Below are positions 26,228-34,088 of a stretch of 64,000 bases of DNA, one piece after another. Origin of the DNA: Candidatus Sulfomarinibacteraceae bacterium (GTDB lineage: Bacteria; Acidobacteriota; Thermoanaerobaculia; Thermoanaerobaculales; Sulfomarinibacteraceae); assembly GCA_963796455.1 (NCBI GenBank), contig CAWCLO010000001.1, forward strand, positions 359,372-423,371, in the 5' to 3' direction. A program made the position numbers and the translations under genes. Under the pieces are notes generated by a model that ran no database searches, was not told the origin of the DNA, and worked only from the letters and a program-made list of their open reading frames with translations. Every line of letters begins with the position of its first letter. Positions within the stretch are counted from its first letter, which is position 1.

Positions 26228-27658
26228 TCACCTTCCCACCTCGGGAGATGAGTTCCCCATTTCGGGAGATTCAGCTTTCTCATCAGCATCCTGCCCGGCC
26301 ATTGCGTATTTTTCCAAGCGATAGAGCAGAGCCTTGTATCCGAGCCCGAGCAAACGGGCAGCCGCCGCGCGATTGCCCTGAGAACGCTCGAGCGCCTGCC
26401 GCAACAAACCGGCCTCAACCTCTTCCCAAACCAGCCCCTCGGGTGGGAGTTCGAAAGGGCAACCCTCGCCGGCTCGTGCACGGCGAAATTCGGGAGGAAG
26501 ATCATCGGCGCTCACCTCGCCGTTCTCAGCCAACAACACCAGGCGTTCCACCATGTTGGAAAGCTCGCGGACGTTGCCCGGCCAGCCATGTTCCATCATC
26601 TGTTTCAACACGGTCGAGGGGAGGGATCCGACCGAAAGCCCATGACGAACGGATGCCTGGTCGAGAAAGGCGGCCGCGAGCAGCGGCACATCTTCCGATC
26701 GTTCGCGCAACGGCGGAAGCTCGACCGGCACCACGTTGAGTCTGTAATAGAGATCTTCCCGAAACCCGCCCGAGTTCACCAGGGCCGGCAGGTCACGGTT
26801 CGAAGCCGCAATGACTCGCACATCACACGAAACCTCGCCACTGCCGCCGACCCGCGTGAAATTTCGCTCCTGCAACACCCGCAGAAGAGTGGCTTGCAGG
26901 GGCATCGGCATCGATGCGATCTCGTCGAGGAACAGGGTCCCGCCGTCGGCTTCTTCGAAGCGGCCTTCACGCCGCCGGTGGGCCCCGGTGAAGGCGCCCT
27001 TTTCGTGCCCGAAGAGCTCGCTTTCGATCAGGCTTTCGGGGATCGCCGCACAATTGACGGCGACAAACGGTTGTGTGGACCTTCGACTGGCGCGGTGCAG
27101 GGTTCTGGCCACCAGTTCCTTGCCGGTTCCGGACTCGCCCACCACCAATACCGTGGCATCGGTGGCGGCCACCTTTTCGATGGTCCGGTAGAGCTTTCGC
27201 ATCACATCGGAACGACCGATCAGCTCCCCGTAGCCGTCGCTCTCGCGGATGACTTCCCGCAGCTTGATGTTCTCGCGCTGGAGATCGTGGGTCCTCAACA
27301 CCCTCTGGATCGCCAGTAGGAGGGCGTCCCGCTCGAAGGGCTTGCCGAGATAATCATCGGCGCCCCGCCTGACCGCATCGACCGCATGGGCGATGGAACC
27401 GTAGGCCGTCATGACGATGAATGCGCATTCCAGAGATCGCTTCCTCACCATGTCGAGCAACTCACCACCGTCGCGACCCGGCATCCGCCAGTCGCACAAG
27501 ATGATCTCCGGCACCCGCGTGTCGAGGATCTCGAGCGCTTCATCGACGGTGCGGGCTTCGCTGACCTCATATCCATCACGGCTGAGGATGTCCGAAATCA
27601 GCCGACGCTGGGCGACCTCATCTTCGACCAACAGCACTGTAGTCACTGGGTCACTCAC
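26228..27658 (-). CDS. sigma54-dependent response regulator (NtrC/ZraR family)
   Basis: REC domain (LLVEDE...CDWRMPG). AAA+ domain with GESGTGKE and GAFTGA. C-terminal Fis-type HTH (AAARLLGLGYKALLYRLEKY). GTG start in a GTGA overlap with the kinase stop. Confidence 0.92.
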   Translation of the reverse strand: MSDPVTTVLLVEDEVAQRRLISDILSRDGYEVSEARTVDEALEILDTRVPEIILCDWRMPGRDGGELLDMVRKRSLECAFIVMTAYGSIAHAVDAVRRGADDYLGKPFERDALLLAIQRVLRTHDLQRENIKLREVIRESDGYGELIGRSDVMRKLYRTIEKVAATDATVLVVGESGTGKELVARTLHRASRRSTQPFVAVNCAAIPESLIESELFGHEKGAFTGAHRRREGRFEEADGGTLFLDEIASMPMPLQATLLRVLQERNFTRVGGSGEVSCDVRVIAASNRDLPALVNSGGFREDLYYRLNVVPVELPPLRERSEDVPLLAAAFLDQASVRHGLSVGSLPSTVLKQMMEHGWPGNVRELSNMVERLVLLAENGEVSADDLPPEFRRARAGEGCPFELPPEGLVWEEVEAGLLRQALERSQGNRAAAARLLGLGYKALLYRLEKYAMAGQDADEKAESPEMGNSSPEVGR

Positions 27659-29196
27659 TCGCGATCTCCCTCGCTGGCGCCTTCCGCGACCGACGGGAGG
27701 GTCACCGTCGCTACGGTTCCACCGCCGTCGGCGTCTTCGATCGCGAGACTGCCACCGTGCATACCGACAATCAACTGCTTTGCCAGGAACAGACCCATCC
27801 CGGAACCACCCACTTTGGTCGTCACGTGCGGCGAGAAGAGCTTCTCGCGGACTTCCTCCGGAAGCCCGGGCCCATCATCTTTGACCCGGACGATGACCGC
27901 GTCGTGAGCCCGTTCGAGACCGACAACGACGGTACCGCCCGCCGGCGAAACCTCGATCGCGTTCTCCACCAGGTTGGCCAGGGCAGCACGAACGGCTCCG
28001 GCAACAACCCTGGCCCGGAATTCGCCATCGATCCCCTCGACCTTGATCTGGGCTCCCTCCTGGACCGATTCAAGTGCGACCCCGTCGACGATTTCCGCGA
28101 TATCGACTTCTTCCGCCTGCGCGGATTCCTCCGCCCCGAGGGCGAGAAACGATCGCAGCCAACGATCAATTCTGCGAATCTGAGTGCGTGAGGTGGTCAC
28201 CAGACCCCGATTGTCATCCTTGCCATCGGCGAGTTCCTCGACAGCTAAACCAAGCGTATGCAATGGATTACGAAGCGTATGAGCGAGGCCACGAGAAAGA
28301 TCTCCGAGTTGGGCGAGATGTTCCCGCTTGCGCCATTCTTCGCGTTCGCCCTCGAGCAAAGCCAGCCGGGTCGACATGGTGTTGAAGGCGTTCTGGAGGT
28401 CGCCGATTTCCCCGGTCGCCGAAACCGGCACCTGGACGCCGAGATGCCCTTCTCCCAGGGCCTCGGCACCATCTGCCAGCGAGCGCAGAGGCCGCACCAA
28501 ACGCCGCGACATCACGGCCGATGCGAAGAGCCCGACAAGCAGCAACAGTCCACCGACAGCCGCACCTTCGCGCATCGTCCCCTGCACCCTTTCCACAGTC
28601 GGTGATGTCGGAATAGGAATGCGATGAAGATCCTGGATCTCGTCTTTGACGACCAGAATCCGGTCGCTCCGTCGTTCGCCGAATTCCACATCGACCTTGA
28701 GCCGTTGCACATCCTCTGTGACCTCTCCGTCAGGTCCGAGGCGGCGGACAATCCTCTGCACGTATCGCTGATCCTCTGACTCTCCCTCGGCCCCACGCAC
28801 CAGCAACTCGATCTTTCCTTCGACCATTCCGTCACTGATCCCATCCTCGGTGAACTCCGCATCGATGTCGTGTTCATCACCAACGACAACTTGCGGAATC
28901 GGAATCTTGACGATATGGACTTCGCCTTTTGCGCCGTGCTCCACCACCGTGTCGAGATCGGTCAGTGACCCTGCATCATCCGTTTCTCCAACCCAGACAA
29001 TCCCCTCGCTATGTCCCTCGTCATGACCGAAAAAGACATTTTCAGCTGTGAGGATTTCACGCCCTACCGTTGTTGCCACGTTACCGAGTTCTTGTTCGAT
29101 CGATCGCAGCTGACGCGAGTACAGCCACCACTGCAGCCCCATCAGAGCGAGCACAAGGGCCGCGGTGCCGAGAAAAAGTCGAGTCTGAATTCGCAT
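27655..29196 (-). CDS. sensor histidine kinase with acidic periplasmic domain
   Basis: I chose start MRIQTRLFLGTAALVLALMGL. A second TM and HAMP domain. H-box LAHTLRNPLH. ATP-binding boxes NLVENAIE, DDGPGLP and GGSGMGL. Confidence 0.88.
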   Translation of the reverse strand: MRIQTRLFLGTAALVLALMGLQWWLYSRQLRSIEQELGNVATTVGREILTAENVFFGHDEGHSEGIVWVGETDDAGSLTDLDTVVEHGAKGEVHIVKIPIPQVVVGDEHDIDAEFTEDGISDGMVEGKIELLVRGAEGESEDQRYVQRIVRRLGPDGEVTEDVQRLKVDVEFGERRSDRILVVKDEIQDLHRIPIPTSPTVERVQGTMREGAAVGGLLLLVGLFASAVMSRRLVRPLRSLADGAEALGEGHLGVQVPVSATGEIGDLQNAFNTMSTRLALLEGEREEWRKREHLAQLGDLSRGLAHTLRNPLHTLGLAVEELADGKDDNRGLVTTSRTQIRRIDRWLRSFLALGAEESAQAEEVDIAEIVDGVALESVQEGAQIKVEGIDGEFRARVVAGAVRAALANLVENAIEVSPAGGTVVVGLERAHDAVIVRVKDDGPGLPEEVREKLFSPHVTTKVGGSGMGLFLAKQLIVGMHGGSLAIEDADGGGTVATVTLPSVAEGASEGDRE

Positions 29197-29471
29197 GAAT
29201 CGCTCCTTGAGGGAGTATACGCACCGTTCCGGCGTTCTCCGCACGAAGATGAAGCAAGGGTCATGCCATCTATATGAACGGGAGTGACGGAACCTGGGGG
29301 AATGGGAGGCCATGGATCAGCAACGCGGGAATGCCTGGTTCACATCGAACGTCGTCTCGTGCTGAAGATCAGAAGTCGGGAGAGAACCAACGTGTGGTCG
29401 CCCTTTCTCCCTTTCTCCCTCTCTCCCTTTCCTTCGTTCTGCGCCGGGCGCAGCAATGAGGGCGAAAACAA

Positions 29472-29789
29472 TCAGTCGTCGGAGCCTTGACCGCCCCGAT
29501 CGGTGCGGCGAATCTCCCACCGGCCCATGAATTCCACCCAGTTCAGTGGTGATCCCCCGTTCCAGCTCTCGACAAAGATCGGGCTGCTGAGGCTGGCTGT
29601 CCGCAACGGCAATTCGCTTCGCACCGCTCGGCGGTGGGTCGTGCCGGTCTTTGGCGGCGCCGAATTTCTCCTGAAATATTTCATCGTTCTCCGAAAGGCC
29701 TCCGCGACGGCTGATGGTTGGATTCGTTTCGGTATACGTTCTTCGATCACGATCTGTCGTTCTGTATACGGGCCAACCCTGATGTTCAT
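29472..29789 (-). CDS. hypothetical small protein (105 aa), weakly supported
   Basis: ATG 29789 with GGGGAGA 9 nt upstream. GC3 looks coding-like by eye. I recognise no motif. It is divergent from the MinD-like gene. Confidence 0.3.
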   Translation of the reverse strand: MNIRVGPYTERQIVIEERIPKRIQPSAVAEAFRRTMKYFRRNSAPPKTGTTHRRAVRSELPLRTASLSSPIFVESWNGGSPLNWVEFMGRWEIRRTDRGGQGSDD

Positions 29790-29924
29790 CGGGATATTCT
29801 CCCCGACGAACACATCTTTTTGACATTTCGCCGCGGTGTTAAGATGTGTCCATATGACCAGGGTCACCTTTTGCCCCGGATCTCGCCTCGTCAGACACGG
29901 CCGGACGGATCCGCACCCCCATCG

Positions 29925-30860
29925 ATGGCTATGAACAAACCCGTCACCAAGGTGCCCCGCGTCTGGGCGATCGGCGGCGGTAAGGGCGGTGTCGGGAAAT
30001 CGGTTATCGCTTCGAATTTGGCGGCAATCCTCGCTTCGAACGGTCATCGTGTGGCCCTCGTCGACGCGGATCTCGGCGGTGCAAATCTTCATACCCTGCT
30101 CGGTGTGCCCAACCCCAGGGCGAGCCTGTCAGACTTTCTCGCAAAAAAAGTCGATTCCCTGGGCAAGGTCATGACGCCGACCTCCGTCGAAAACCTGTGG
30201 CTGGTCAGCGGAGCCAAGGCATTGGTTGAAATCGCCAACCTCAACTACGGCCAGAAGGCGAAAATGCTCCGCCATATCCGGAGCCTTGCAACCGATCACG
30301 TGGTTCTCGACCTCGGCGCGGGGAGCGCCTTCAATGTGCTCGACTTTTTCCTTGCCGCCCGCAAAGGCGTTCTGGTGGTTGTTCCGGAACCGACCTCTGT
30401 CGAAAACTCGTATCACTTCCTCAAAGCGGCTTTTTTCCGCAAGCTCAAACGAGCCGAACCACGCGATCAGGTTCGCGCTGCCGTCGGCGAAGCCATGAAA
30501 CCCACCCCGCAGGGGGCAATGGTTCGGACGCCACGGGAACTGATCGCGCGGGTCTGGGATCTGGATCCAGAGGCTGGTGCAGCGATGATTGACGAAGCAA
30601 ATCAATTCCGACCGGCACTGGTTGTGAACCGGGTCAACGGTGAACGCCAGGAGCGCCTCGGCCACGACATGGTGACCGCCTGCCAGGATTATTTCGGTGT
30701 TCGGCTCCAGTTCCTCGGCGCACTCCCGATGGACCCGATCGTGGCGCGGTCGGTCATGGATCAACGCCCTGCCGCAAAATTCTATCGAGAAATTCCATTC
30801 ATCGCGGCCCTTCGTACGGTCGTCGACAACCTCACTTTTGTTCGTCCGAGGCCCTCATGA
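29925..30860 (+). CDS. MinD/ParA-family P-loop ATPase
   Basis: Deviant Walker A GGGKGGVGKS. VALVDADLGGANLH. I chose the start at MAMNKPV; the ORF-track start at 29718 is probably too early. Confidence 0.85.
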   Translation: MAMNKPVTKVPRVWAIGGGKGGVGKSVIASNLAAILASNGHRVALVDADLGGANLHTLLGVPNPRASLSDFLAKKVDSLGKVMTPTSVENLWLVSGAKALVEIANLNYGQKAKMLRHIRSLATDHVVLDLGAGSAFNVLDFFLAARKGVLVVVPEPTSVENSYHFLKAAFFRKLKRAEPRDQVRAAVGEAMKPTPQGAMVRTPRELIARVWDLDPEAGAAMIDEANQFRPALVVNRVNGERQERLGHDMVTACQDYFGVRLQFLGALPMDPIVARSVMDQRPAAKFYREIPFIAALRTVVDNLTFVRPRPS

Positions 30861-31396
30861 CAGTCCGCCAGGAGGACTGGGATGTGCTCGGCCTCGAAGC
30901 GGATGCGGATCTTGCCGCCGTCAAAAAGGCCTACCGCCACCGTCGCTCTTTATATGAGCCCTCTGCACTCGCGACATACAGTCTGCTTGACGACGAGGAA
31001 CGTACAGAGGTCGCGAACCGAATCGAGGAGGCATACCGTAGAATCATGGAATACCTTGTTCCGGAGGAAGCCGTCGCAGCGCCGCCACCTCCTCCACCGG
31101 AGAAAGTGGATATGCCTACCGGTCCCGCGCCGGATCCAGTCGAAGATCCCGGTCGACACCTGCGCCACCAGCGGCTGACCAGAGGATTGTCGATCGATCG
31201 GATCGCCACCGCCACGAAGATCAGCGCGTCGATCCTCAAACAGATCGAAAACGAGGACTTCGATGCTCTCCCGGCGGCCGTTTTTGTTCGCGGCCACATC
31301 GTTCAACTCGGCCGCGAGATCGGCATCACCGATATCGAGGGTCTGGCCAAGTTGTATATGGCGAAGATGGCCAACTCCGTCGACGACGAGGCTTGA
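30857..31396 (+). CDS. J-domain-like (no HPD) + RodZ-type helix-turn-helix protein
   Basis: ATGA overlap with the MinD-like gene. N-terminus DWDVLGLEADADLAAVKKAYRHRRSLYEPS (J-like; HPD replaced by YEP). C-terminus LTRGLSIDRIATATKISASILKQIENEDF (HTH). Confidence 0.7.
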   Translation: MTVRQEDWDVLGLEADADLAAVKKAYRHRRSLYEPSALATYSLLDDEERTEVANRIEEAYRRIMEYLVPEEAVAAPPPPPPEKVDMPTGPAPDPVEDPGRHLRHQRLTRGLSIDRIATATKISASILKQIENEDFDALPAAVFVRGHIVQLGREIGITDIEGLAKLYMAKMANSVDDEA

Positions 31397-31511
31397 GAGG
31401 GCCCGGTCGCTCGATGCTCGATGCTCGATTCTGGATGCTGGATCGTGTCGCGTTTCGGAGAAACCGCAGATAGCGCCGATGAACGCAGATCAGGCATCCA
31501 GCATCCAGTAT

Positions 31512-32237
31512 CACTCTTGTCCAAAACAGTGTCTCGGACAGGGTTCAGGGACAGCGACGGAGAACGGTAGACAGCGGCAGCGAACAGTTGTCGGCGGCAG
31601 CGACAGGGTCCAGCGTCAGCGACAGGCAGCAGCGAACAGGGACAGGGAACAGCGGTCAGTGTTCAGTGTTCAGCGACGGAGCGCAGCGGCAGCAGTCTGG
31701 AATTCAGGCGACGCAGTGGCCACCTCCGGGTCGTTCAACAGAAGGGGTAGCCGGTGGGCGGCCGAGTTGGTAGAGACCGGTCGAATCACTGGTGAATCGC
31801 CTACGCCTGGGCGAAAGAGGTCGACAGCCACTTGCAGCTCCTCGCCCACGCCGGGGCTATCAGCCCGAACGGAGCCAGTGAAGCGATGAATGCCTTCGAT
31901 CAGGTCCGTGCCATGACGTGGCGTTTACTCAACCCAAAATCTTGATTTCAGGGCTTCATACCAGTCAAACATGACGCTGCCTCCTGTTCGCTGACGCTGA
32001 ACACTGATCGCTGTTCGCTGTTCGCTGTCGCTGCTCACTGTCGCTGCTCACTGTCGCTGTCCCTGTTCGCTGTTGCCTGTCGCTGACGCTGGACACTGTC
32101 GCTGCCGCTGTAATTCGGACGCGGACGCGGACACGGACACGGGCAACCGAGAACCGGATATGCCAAAAATCAACCTGTGAACCTCGTGGTGTCAGGCGGG
32201 CAACTTCACCTGACAATCTGTTTTGGACAACAGCGGT
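31512..32237. mobile_element. TIR-bounded four-helix-bundle element, copy C (deletion derivative, cargo inverted)
   Basis: Left end CACTCTTGTCCAAAACAGTGTCTCGGACAG. Right end CTGACAATCTGTTTTGGACAACAGCGGT. It has the same arms and 125-nt module as copy A, but the gene is on the plus strand. Confidence 0.65.
31754..31945 (+). pseudogene. truncated four-helix-bundle gene with in-frame stop
   Basis: GGRVGRDRSNHW*IAYAWAKEVDSHLQLLAHAGAISPNGASEAMNAFDQVRAMTWRLLNPKS. TGA at 31793-31795 replaces the Arg codon of copy A. Confidence 0.75.
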
Positions 32238-32251
32238 CCCTGCCCCCCTTC

Positions 32252-32284
32252 AAAAAAAAAGGGCGCCCGGATGGGCGCCCTTTT
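32252..32284 (-). terminator. rho-independent terminator after citrate synthase (structurally bidirectional)
   Basis: Plus strand reads A9-GGGCGCCCGGATGGGCGCCC-TTTT. On the minus strand the stem is followed by T9. Confidence 0.85.
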
Positions 32285-32302
32285 GTATTGAATTGAAGGA
32301 AC

Positions 32303-33610
32303 CTACTTGATGCCGGCTGCTTCCTCGAGCATCGCGGTGGTCAGCGACTTCGGTCGTTCGATGGGATAACCGAGGGCGCGATCCCAGGTGATGTTGGTCA
32401 GCACGCCCAGCGCGCGGCCGATGCCGAAGAGGACCGTGTAGAAGTCCCACTCGGTGAGGCCGTAGTACCACTGGATGACGCCGGACTGCGCATCGACATT
32501 GGGCCACGGGTTCTTGGCCTTGCCCTGTTCTTCGAGCACACCGGGGGCGACCTGGTAGATCATGCTGATGAGCTTGAACAGCGGGTAGTCCGGAAGGTGC
32601 TTGAGGCAGAACTCACGCTGCGACTCGTAGCGCGGGTCGGTTTTGCGGAGCACCGCATGGCCGTAGCCCGGAATTACCTGACCGCTGTTGAGGGTGTCCC
32701 AGAGAGCTTTCTTGACGAGCTCTTCGGTGGGCTCGGCGCCGCCGAGGCTTTCCATGAACTTCATGGTCCAGCTCAGCACTTCCTGGTTGGCGAGGCCGTG
32801 GAGCGGGCCCGCGAGGCCATTGATGCCGGCCGACAGCGAGTAGTAGGCATCCGACAGCGCCGACGCCACCAGGTGGGTGGTGTGGGCGGAGACGTTCCCC
32901 GACTCGTGATCGGAGTGGAGGATGAAATACATCCGTGCAACATCGTCGTACGGCGCGTCGATGCCCATCTGATGGGCGAAGTTGCCGCCCATGTCCAGAT
33001 TCGGGTCCTCGGCGATCTGGTCGTCGTCTTTGTACTTGAGACGATAGATGAAGGCCGCCAGAACCGGCAGTTTGGCCATCAGGTTGCAGGAATCCTCGAA
33101 CATCGGATCCCAGTAGTCCATCTTGGACATGCCTTCGTTGTACTTCTTGACGAAGATCGATTCGCGCTGCATGGCGATGATACCGGCCGAGTACATGGTC
33201 ATCGGGTGGGTGTCTTTCGGCATCGCGCGAAGGATGTCCTTCACATAGTCGGGCAGCTGGCGCCGGGTCTTGAAATCGGCGACCACTTCTTCGGCCTGCT
33301 CGTCGGTGGGGATCTCTGAGGTCATCAGATAGTAGAAGAAGCCTTCGACGCTGGGGTACTCCTGGCCTTCAACCGCGGGCAGCGCTGCAAAGGTCTCCGG
33401 GATCGTGCGGCCCCTGAAACGAATGCCCTCGAAGGGGTCGAGATAGGACACGTCGGTCACCAGGCAACGAACTCCACGCGCGCCGCCGATCGCCTGGGCG
33501 ATGGTGACATCCCAGATCTTGGTGTCGCCATACTCTTTGAGCAGGCGCACCGTCCGCGGACGATGCTCTTCGATTTTCTTGTACAGGGTTTCCTTTAAAG
33601 TCGACATCAT
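32303..33610 (-). CDS. gltA: citrate synthase
   Basis: HSDHESGNVSAH and GYGHAVLRKTDPRY active-site motifs. Start MMSTLKE (ATG 33610 or 33607) after GGGAGG. Confidence 0.9.
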   Translation of the reverse strand: MMSTLKETLYKKIEEHRPRTVRLLKEYGDTKIWDVTIAQAIGGARGVRCLVTDVSYLDPFEGIRFRGRTIPETFAALPAVEGQEYPSVEGFFYYLMTSEIPTDEQAEEVVADFKTRRQLPDYVKDILRAMPKDTHPMTMYSAGIIAMQRESIFVKKYNEGMSKMDYWDPMFEDSCNLMAKLPVLAAFIYRLKYKDDDQIAEDPNLDMGGNFAHQMGIDAPYDDVARMYFILHSDHESGNVSAHTTHLVASALSDAYYSLSAGINGLAGPLHGLANQEVLSWTMKFMESLGGAEPTEELVKKALWDTLNSGQVIPGYGHAVLRKTDPRYESQREFCLKHLPDYPLFKLISMIYQVAPGVLEEQGKAKNPWPNVDAQSGVIQWYYGLTEWDFYTVLFGIGRALGVLTNITWDRALGYPIERPKSLTTAMLEEAAGIK

Positions 33611-33845
33611 GCCTCCCGTTTTTTTCCAGCCGGGAGAGCTGCCGCGCATTGATCTCGCCGCCTCTCGACCCGGTCATTTCACATCGCACGAGGGTTCATT
33701 CTGTCTGGTACGAAAAATCCCGAAAAGGTTTCCCGTGGACAAGAGTATAGAGCTTGTGAAGAAAAGTGACAAGCTATATTTCAGTTGATCAGACGCTCAC
33801 TTTTCGGCCAAAGCCGATCAATGAATGAACGCTCATTCATTGAAA

Positions 33846-33930
33846 GGCTTGGGGCTTGGGGCTTGGGGCTTGAGGGGGTTGGGGCTTGGGGCTTTGGGGC
33901 TTGGGGCTTGGGGCTTGGGGTTGGGGCTTC
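33846..33930. repeat. tandem 8-mer array (GGGGCTTG)x~10
   Basis: Read directly. When translated it gives the spurious GLGLGAWGL N-terminal extension of ORF 33825. Confidence 0.9.
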
Positions 33931-33960
33931 AAAGGATCGATCTCGCTTCTGAGCATGTCA

Positions 33961-34007
33961 AGCCTCAGCCTCAGGTCCCAGGTCCCAGGTCACCGGTCTC
34001 AGGTCTC
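33961..34007. repeat. tandem 6-7-mer array (AGCCTC / AGGTCYC)
   Basis: agcctcagcctcaggtcccaggtcccaggtcaccggtctcaggtctc. Confidence 0.85.
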
Positions 34008-34088
34008 AAGCCCCCGTATCAGCTACAATGTCGACGTACGCAGTCGAATATCGGAATCGTCGATCGACCCGAGGAGGATACTCCGCCA

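Noticed and set aside
33825-34088. N-terminal 88 codons (MNAHSLKGLGLGAWGLRGLGLG...) of the 1013-aa ORF
   Set aside because: This is a translation of the GGGGCTTG and AGGTCYC word arrays. A GTG with a strong GAGGAGGA RBS at 34089 precedes the first recognisable (FHA) domain.
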